DNA from: a virus
Taxonomy: Duplodnaviria; Caudoviricetes
Virus record (IMG/VR): IMGVR_UViG_2517572207_000003
Length of the DNA stretch: 64,000 nucleotides
Direction: 5' to 3' (one strand)
Shown in pieces: positions 57,751 through 64,000 of the stretch; within the stretch, counting starts at the first letter, position 1; each line of letters opens with the position of its first letter. Below the pieces are notes generated by a model that saw nothing but the letters and a program-made list of their open reading frames with translations, searched no databases and was not told the DNA's origin. The translations under genes were made by a program, and so were the position numbers.

Positions 57751-58911
57751 TTATACATGTGCTCCTATATGGAGCAGTCGTTCCCTAACTTCAGGCCAAA
57801 GGTATGCCTGCCTGCCTTCTCCGTTTCCATCCCGGCAGAACCATTTTGAGATAGTTGGCTTACCACCTGTAACATAATCCCTTAAGCCTTTAACCCAGGA
57901 CGATTCTGTACCAGACATAGCCAATGAACGAGTGTAGAGAGACATAATTCGAGGCGGATCATACTTTTTCTCACCCAGTCTGTGGCCCAAGAAATATGGG
58001 TTCCCTTCGGTTTCCATCAGACCAAGTCGGCCATTATCTTTTTTAAAGAACTGGAATTTACGAGAGGTCCAGTTGATTTCATATAAGTAATCCAGCACAC
58101 TATTTGCTAGCTTAATCCTTCCGTCTTTTCCGGCTTTTTTAGCCGCTGTACTCCACTCCTTTAAATTAGCCTCACTAGGAATGAATCTGGATTTTGGGTT
58201 GTGATGACCTGATCTCTTCGTCAGTTTTCTAAGTCTGTTTTCGGGTTTTATAGCAAGGTCAAACAATTCGAAACTTGCCAAGTTGGTATAGTAATCTTTA
58301 TTAACTATGACCCACCACATATTATTGATATTGTGGTAGACGGTCCCGCGCATCAACGTTCCCTTTCTACCTCTGAAATATTTCACTTCGCCGTTATTTA
58401 TCCGTATCCCATCTTTATCGAGAGCGTTATAATCAGGAAGATTTTCTGAACTCCAGTGTCTGCTTGGCGAATTAAGCTTATTAAATACCTTATCGTATGA
58501 CGTTTTTAGTACTGGTTCAGAGTCACAAGTAAATCCTTCCTTCAGTAAAAATTGTTCCATATACCTGACTTCAACTAGAAACCGCTTTTGGAGTAGATAA
58601 GGCATCTTTTCAAATTTGTTAAAGTCATATCTACCGCCGTTTGGGTTCTCTACATTAATTTCTTGATAGAATTCAAGTTTTGCACCACAATTATATTTTT
58701 CACCAACAAACAGAAGCTCTCCCTTGTTGCCAGCAAAACGGTCCTTCGAAAGGATAGGATAGTCACGGTCTATTCGTGGATCAGATCCAATGACAAAACC
58801 TCTATTCCTCATCATGTCTAACATCCGTAAAAAGGTAGGATGGGATATTTCTTTATCGCCTCTTACAGCTATGCTTGTATTCCAAATGCTAAAATCCTTG
58901 TCTCCTCTCAC
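57751..58911 (-). CDS. Hypothetical phage protein
   Basis: 386 aa; NPNGGRYDF and YHNINNMWW motifs. Confidence 0.7.
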   Translation of the reverse strand: MRGDKDFSIWNTSIAVRGDKEISHPTFLRMLDMMRNRGFVIGSDPRIDRDYPILSKDRFAGNKGELLFVGEKYNCGAKLEFYQEINVENPNGGRYDFNKFEKMPYLLQKRFLVEVRYMEQFLLKEGFTCDSEPVLKTSYDKVFNKLNSPSRHWSSENLPDYNALDKDGIRINNGEVKYFRGRKGTLMRGTVYHNINNMWWVIVNKDYYTNLASFELFDLAIKPENRLRKLTKRSGHHNPKSRFIPSEANLKEWSTAAKKAGKDGRIKLANSVLDYLYEINWTSRKFQFFKKDNGRLGLMETEGNPYFLGHRLGEKKYDPPRIMSLYTRSLAMSGTESSWVKGLRDYVTGGKPTISKWFCRDGNGEGRQAYLWPEVRERLLHIGAHV

Positions 58912-58971
58912 AAGACAGGCCTCCTGTTTTCATTTTCAAAATCTTGTGTTATACTTCCGTTGAATTGTTTC

Positions 58972-59370
58972 TTAAATGATCGTGTTGGTAGCACGATTGT
59001 TTTTCTGGACTTTTCTGTCTTTTCTTTTGCGGTATAACTTACGGCAATAGTAATTACAGAAAAGTCCTTCTTCTTTTGGATTGGGAATTTTTTGTCCTTC
59101 AAAGACTTCTTTTTCACAATGCTTGCAGCATCCTATTTTTTTACCAGATATCTTGTATCCTGATGACTTAGGAGCCTCTAGCCCTTCATATTCTTCATTT
59201 TTAAATTCCTCAAGTTCACTTAATTCAGCAGTAAGCAAATCTATTTGAGCATGAATTTCGTCAGTCGGTAATCCGAATTTGACAGCGTCAATGCTGTCCT
59301 CATATAATTCACGTAATTGCGCTCTAAGCACCCTAGATCGTTTATGATCGTCCAACTCTCTCAGCTCCAT
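58972..59370 (-). CDS. Hypothetical protein with a Cys motif
   Basis: CKHCEK...FCNYYC. Confidence 0.6.
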   Translation of the reverse strand: MELRELDDHKRSRVLRAQLRELYEDSIDAVKFGLPTDEIHAQIDLLTAELSELEEFKNEEYEGLEAPKSSGYKISGKKIGCCKHCEKEVFEGQKIPNPKEEGLFCNYYCRKLYRKRKDRKVQKNNRATNTII

Positions 59371-59729
59371 ATCTCCGCCTCAAGTTCGGATATTTTAGCC
59401 TTCAATTGCCTTTCTTGTTCCTTCAAAGGTTTCATCTTCTGAATACAAACGTGATTAGGCCATGGACTATCTGTAATAGCATATTGAGTTTTATAAATGG
59501 CCTGAAGCTTTTGTTCAGTAAGTTCTTTTTCCTTTTGAAGAGAAAGCTTTTTCTTATCCTGCTCTGTCAGCTCTAGCAGCTCAATATCTACTGAATGTTG
59601 ACAATTCAACCAGCGACGCATGAGTAATACAGCGGCTATAAGTGAGTCTGCTGGTTGATCTAATGTAAATTTGAATCCTTCATCATCCACAATAGGAATA
59701 GAGTAAATAGTTTGCATTTTGCTATTCAT
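59361..59729 (-). CDS. Hypothetical protein
   Basis: 122-aa ORF in the early operon. Confidence 0.6.
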   Translation of the reverse strand: MNSKMQTIYSIPIVDDEGFKFTLDQPADSLIAAVLLMRRWLNCQHSVDIELLELTEQDKKKLSLQKEKELTEQKLQAIYKTQYAITDSPWPNHVCIQKMKPLKEQERQLKAKISELEAEIWS

Positions 59730-59834
59730 TTTGCCTTGTCCTTACGCCGGATATTACGAACGATAATGGCATGCTGTAATTCGTTTTCGAACCAGATACG
59801 AGCCAATTCCGGTAGAGTCATAATCATTCACCCC

Positions 59835-60266
59835 TTAGATATAGTCTTCTGGACGAAAGTCTTTAACGAAGTAAATGGAATCATCAAAATCAATGCGCCG
59901 GATGTGACTGTACTTCGCGACTGAGAACAAAACTTTCAACTTACTCCAAATCATGCGGCGATATTTTCCGACCGTTTCGTTAAATTTTCCATCTGTCTCC
60001 TTGTAACGATCTTTTGTGAGAGTAATGGACCTAATTCTTACTGCATCCTGTAACTGATAGCATTCAGCATCCGTCAGCGTTACACTGTCCCGAACCTCTT
60101 GAACCATCATCTGAACTTCTTCCACTTTTTCAGTTACATCCAAATGCATTTGCTTAATACCGTCTACGAGGCCTCTAATTGCCATGCCTTGGGCTTCTGT
60201 CAGTTGCATTTGCTTTTCAACTACAGACAAAAAATCTGGCTGCTGATTAGGATTAATTAGTGTCAT
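59835..60266 (-). CDS. ORF6C-domain protein
   Basis: IWSKLKVLFSVAKYSHIRRIDFDDSIYFV. Confidence 0.8.
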   Translation of the reverse strand: MTLINPNQQPDFLSVVEKQMQLTEAQGMAIRGLVDGIKQMHLDVTEKVEEVQMMVQEVRDSVTLTDAECYQLQDAVRIRSITLTKDRYKETDGKFNETVGKYRRMIWSKLKVLFSVAKYSHIRRIDFDDSIYFVKDFRPEDYI

Positions 60267-61384
60267 TTTTCTACCACCTTTCTACCGTTAACGGCTGGAC
60301 GAAGTTGTTCAATGAAGGCTTCCAACATATCCAAACTTTCAGACAACCGTTTCTTTTCAGAGCTACTTGCACTGCCTATTGCCCCCAACATGAACGAAGT
60401 AATTCCAACCTTTTGCAGAAACTGTTTCACATGGATACTCACTTGGATCGTGTTGCTGTCCGCTTCAAAGCGAAGCCTCTTCATTTGAGCAGCGGCCTCC
60501 TGTTCGTTGAAGTCGTCTGGCTTCTGGAGTTTGATACTCTCAAGTTCTTCTTTAGCTCTTTGGTAGCCACTCTTCAATTGTTCAACTTTTAAACGTTCTT
60601 TTTCCAAATCATCATTGAGTTTGTTTTTCCAATATTCATCGCGTTGCTTGAGCTGTGCTTCTGCCTCTTTTTCCTTTTGACGAATGAAAATGCCCGTTTC
60701 TTCCTCATGACGCTCAACAGCCGCAGATATGGCATCCTCAAGTTGATCCGCAGGAATGGCATCTTTGTACTGTCTTTGTAACTCAATCTTGTCCCGCTCT
60801 GCCAGCTCTGCTCTTTCCTCTGCCTCACGCACAGCAGCTTCGAGCCGAGCTTTGGTTTCTACAAATGCCTTGTGAGTGCTGATCAAACCTTCATCAAGCT
60901 GTTGAATGATTTCAGGAGTAGCATTTTCCGCAATAAACTTCGCTTTGTCATACTGCCTACCGGAACCAAAGCCTGCTTGATCCGCTACAATGTCCCGTAC
61001 TTGTCCGGTTGGTTGGTCAGGTAAATTTTCCTTGCCGCCAACCATCCGTTCTCTGGCCTTTAGACGTTCAACCTCCTCCAATCTCCGCGCCCACTCGACT
61101 CGCTCGCTAAACGTGAATTCCTTGCGATGTTCGTTTTCGCTGATCTCAAGCTGTAGTTGATGTTCAAAATCCTTTATTTCCATAACTCTTACCGTCACTT
61201 CTGAGCGTCCAAGGAACTGGTGCGCTCTCAACCGCCGTTCTCCAGCAATCAACTGATAATCCGGTGTTACTACAATAGGATTAATAAGTCCGTTTTGTTC
61301 TATATCCTGGGCCAATTCTTCTATTCCCCCAAAGTCCTTGCGGATACGATCACTGACTTTGATTTTGCTGATACCAATTTGCAA
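60263..61384 (-). CDS. ParB-like protein (ParB N-domain, HTH, coiled coil)
   Basis: GLINPIVV, LIAGERRLRA, EISENEHRK; HTH RDIVADQAGFGSGRQYDKA. Confidence 0.88.
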   Translation of the reverse strand: MQIGISKIKVSDRIRKDFGGIEELAQDIEQNGLINPIVVTPDYQLIAGERRLRAHQFLGRSEVTVRVMEIKDFEHQLQLEISENEHRKEFTFSERVEWARRLEEVERLKARERMVGGKENLPDQPTGQVRDIVADQAGFGSGRQYDKAKFIAENATPEIIQQLDEGLISTHKAFVETKARLEAAVREAEERAELAERDKIELQRQYKDAIPADQLEDAISAAVERHEEETGIFIRQKEKEAEAQLKQRDEYWKNKLNDDLEKERLKVEQLKSGYQRAKEELESIKLQKPDDFNEQEAAAQMKRLRFEADSNTIQVSIHVKQFLQKVGITSFMLGAIGSASSSEKKRLSESLDMLEAFIEQLRPAVNGRKVVEK

Positions 61385-61591
61385 GTTGATTCTCCTTTCT
61401 TTACATCCCCTCTGTGATAAAATGTAAGTTGTTGTAGCTTTATCAATTCATTAAAGAAAAGAGATGCTATCTTGTAAAGATACTCTCGCTATTTTTTTAA
61501 TAGAGTAGAATGCTTACATTCTTTAAATCATGCAGTCAGTTATCCAGTTGTTCTATATTGGGTGTAGTCATTTAGTTTTGTTCTCCTTTCT

Positions 61592-61858
61592 TTAATAAGA
61601 TTGTTCCAATAACCAATTTTCCAAGAACTCACGCGTTTCTCTCGCAGGAAAATACCATTTGCTCCCTACTTTCCGTTTCGGAAATCCTGGATGATAGAAA
61701 AATTGTTCTTGTATAAAGTTCCAACTCATACATGTACGACGCTTTAATTCAGCCGCATCCCAAAATACGTACTCCACATCAGCTTCTTTTAAAACCTCCG
61801 CTATCTTCGATTTGACCAGTTGAAAGGCTTCTTTTTCGTCAACGCTGACTGACAACAT
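61592..61858 (-). CDS. Putative excisionase (wHTH)
   Basis: WDAAELKRRTCMSWNFI...KVGSKWYF; follows cro. Confidence 0.7.
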   Translation of the reverse strand: MLSVSVDEKEAFQLVKSKIAEVLKEADVEYVFWDAAELKRRTCMSWNFIQEQFFYHPGFPKRKVGSKWYFPARETREFLENWLLEQSY

Positions 61859-61870
61859 GTTTATCCCTCC

Positions 61871-62083
61871 TTAATTGTTGTTTTCTTTTAATTTCTTAGG
61901 AACCAGCTTGATCTCTAATCCCAAAGCATCGCAGGCTTTTCTAAGCGTGGTTTCGTTCCACCGACGACTTCCATTTAGCAAATTGTGCATGTACTGCGGG
62001 GAACACCCAACTAAATGAGCTAAATCAGAAGGATTTAATCCTTTTTCATTTATAAGTGGCCTCATTTGTTCAGAAACCTTCAT
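61871..62083 (-). CDS. Cro-like HTH protein
   Basis: LNPSDLAHLVGCSPQYMHNLLNG; divergent from CI. Confidence 0.85.
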   Translation of the reverse strand: MKVSEQMRPLINEKGLNPSDLAHLVGCSPQYMHNLLNGSRRWNETTLRKACDALGLEIKLVPKKLKENNN

Positions 62084-62099
62084 TTCATCACCTCCGTTG

Positions 62100-62285
62100 A
62101 AATAATATTAATCCATTTGATTAATTAAATCAAACGTAAAATTAATCAAATAGATTCAAATAGAAGCATTTTAGATTATTATCCATATAGTTTAATATAT
62201 ATGCTCAATTTTTCGCCTATTTGCTTCTTTTTAATCTATTTGCTGTTTGTATTTTAATCTATTTGTTGATATCATTAATTCATCA
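62100..62285. promoter_or_regulatory. Lysis/lysogeny switch with repeated operators
   Basis: TAATCYATTTG copies near 62110, 62232 and 62255, and inverted CAAATAGATT near 62147. Confidence 0.55.
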
Positions 62286-62313
62286 ATTAGTTTAAAAGGA
62301 GCGGTCACAGGAC

Positions 62314-62703
62314 ATGTCTAGTTATCCTAACCGGATAAGAGAGATTAGAAAATCACAAAAGAAATCAGGAGTACAAGTAGCTGAATTTTTAGGAATTACC
62401 CCTCAATTTCTATACAATATCGAAAAAGGAAGCCGAACTTTAAATACTGAGGTAGCTTCAAAATTAGCCGAGTATTTTGATGTAACCGTAGATTACCTTC
62501 TTGGCCGTACAGAAGCCGAAAAAGATGATCGCCAATATCCAGAGTGGGCCACGTCAAAGGACATTCGGGATTTTAAAACAATACTTGAAGAAGATGCGCC
62601 GGTAATGTTCGATGGCGTACCAATCTCAGAAGACGACAAAGAAAAAATTAAACGGGTCATGGAAGCTATGTTCTGGGATGCTAAAAAGAACAAAAAAGAT
62701 TAA
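62314..62703 (+). CDS. CI/ImmR-like repressor (no S24 peptidase domain)
   Basis: XRE HTH ending FDVTVDYLLGRT; 129 aa. Confidence 0.88.
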   Translation: MSSYPNRIREIRKSQKKSGVQVAEFLGITPQFLYNIEKGSRTLNTEVASKLAEYFDVTVDYLLGRTEAEKDDRQYPEWATSKDIRDFKTILEEDAPVMFDGVPISEDDKEKIKRVMEAMFWDAKKNKKD

Positions 62704-62783
62704 TTGTTTTGAATGAAATAGCTTTCCTAAATATTCACTTTGCGCTTTCACCGCTGCGAGGCGGTTTCACATACACAAAAAAC

Positions 62784-62797
62784 GGAACATTTGTTCT
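62784..62797. promoter_or_regulatory. LexA/DinR box upstream of the integrase
   Basis: GGAACATTTGTTCT next to RBS GGAGG. Confidence 0.6.
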
Positions 62798-62812
62798 ATT
62801 GGAGGAATAATC

Positions 62813-64000
62813 ATGGCAAACTTTAAAAGATTAAAGAGTGGTTGGCGGTATCGGTTAAAGTACACCGATCCGTTTACACAGCAACAAAAGGAGAAGTCAG
62901 AACGGGGATTCCGTACAAAACCGGAAGCAGAGTTAGCTGCAGCAGAATTTTTAAAGAGAATAAAACAAGGTTACGAACAGATTGACATGCCTCTCGTCGA
63001 TTATATAGAAAGTTGGATCATCAACTATAAAAAAGGAGATGTTAGAAAAAACACACTTAAACAACATATGAACAATCTAAAAACACACATTAAGCCTTAT
63101 TTTAAACAATTAATGATAAAAGATTTAAAACCAGATATGTACCAAAAATTTTTAGATGCTTGTTTAGAAAAAGGCTTAAGCCGAAGAACAGTCGAAATAA
63201 TTAACTCAACAGTTTACAGTGCTTTAGAACTCGCAGTAATTCAAGGAAAGTTAGAACGTAATCCTTGCATAGGATCAATTATTAAGGGAGAGAGGAAACA
63301 AAAAACTATTGATTTCATTGATTCTGAGGATATTCCTCGTTTTCTTTATACAGCAAGAGGATATGGTTATATATACTGGATATTTTTCAAAGTGCTGTTG
63401 GAGACTGGCATGCGTAAAGGTGAAGCCGCTGCTTTAAAGTGGTCTGATATTAATTTTAAGGAGAAAAAAATTCACATTAATGAAACTTTGGATTTCCAAC
63501 CTGATAACGAGGACGAGCTATTCGGGGAAACAAAAACATTCAAATCAAAACGAACAATCAGTGTAAGTACATCTCTAATCAACGATCTAAAGTATCATGC
63601 TAGTTGGCAGAACCAGAATAAAATTAATCTCGGAGAAACAATGTACCGACATGATTTAAATCTCGTTCTATGTAGAAATGACGGACGTCCTATGCCGAAG
63701 TCAACACTATTTAACGCATTTAAGCGTATCTTGAAGCGCGCTAGTCTCGATGGAGTTTTACGTATCCATTCTCTTCGTCACACTTACGCAGTGCTCATGC
63801 TTGAAGCTGGAGCCGATATAAAGTTTGTCCAGGAGCAGCTTGGTCATGGTAGTGTGCAGATTACATCTGATGTATACGCACACATTTCTAAAAAGTTAGA
63901 GAAACGTAACATAGACAGATATGAGGAATACACAAGCAAAATTCTCGACTCAAACAATTTTAAGTCGGGGGACATTTGGGGGACACCCCAGAAGAATTAA
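62813..64000 (+). CDS. int: Tyrosine integrase
   Basis: Arm-binding N-terminus; TGMRKGE, HSLRHT, LGH, DVYAH catalytic motifs. Confidence 0.96.
   Translation: MANFKRLKSGWRYRLKYTDPFTQQQKEKSERGFRTKPEAELAAAEFLKRIKQGYEQIDMPLVDYIESWIINYKKGDVRKNTLKQHMNNLKTHIKPYFKQLMIKDLKPDMYQKFLDACLEKGLSRRTVEIINSTVYSALELAVIQGKLERNPCIGSIIKGERKQKTIDFIDSEDIPRFLYTARGYGYIYWIFFKVLLETGMRKGEAAALKWSDINFKEKKIHINETLDFQPDNEDELFGETKTFKSKRTISVSTSLINDLKYHASWQNQNKINLGETMYRHDLNLVLCRNDGRPMPKSTLFNAFKRILKRASLDGVLRIHSLRHTYAVLMLEAGADIKFVQEQLGHGSVQITSDVYAHISKKLEKRNIDRYEEYTSKILDSNNFKSGDIWGTPQKN

Larger units (their letters stand above)
7474..64000. mobile_element. Temperate siphovirus prophage integrated at the glnA 3' end
   Basis: Complete lysogeny, replication, packaging, head, tail and lysis modules; no sheath gene; right att lies outside the window. 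Confidence 0.95.

Overview
The window holds a nearly complete temperate siphovirus prophage (about 7.47-64 kb; Paenibacillus-like host inferred from protein families). It is integrated at the 3' end of glnA: a displaced GlnA C-terminus (RTQVHQWERDQYLTLY*) sits at 7423-7473, and the intact gene and other att junction should lie just past the integrase, outside the window. From the right, the modules are: tyrosine integrase/CI/Cro/Xis; ParB-like, replisome organizer, DnaI, DnaN; accessory early genes; TerS/TerL/portal/capsid; tail; lysis; a moron array; LigD-like ligase, HicAB, YolD; and a terminal agr-like cassette. Left of the att are a decayed relic of a related prophage (about 2.4-7.4 kb) and a partial Lsa-type ABC-F gene. 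Most notable: (1) a phage-encoded, kinase-less agr-like peptide module (membrane protein, AgrB, an AgrD missing from the ORF track, stand-alone LytTR) next to an XRE gene and a second SWIH-containing peptide; (2) a family of short palindromic sites (AACTAAC-N6/7-GTTAG) that bracket single-gene cassettes, with different cargo at the same locus in prophage and relic, suggesting an integron-like system; (3) six perfect dispersed AGGAAA-NN-TTTCCT palindromes plus a phage ParB; (4) FtsK-gamma domains both inside TerS and free-standing. All family calls come from reading motifs by eye; no searches were run.
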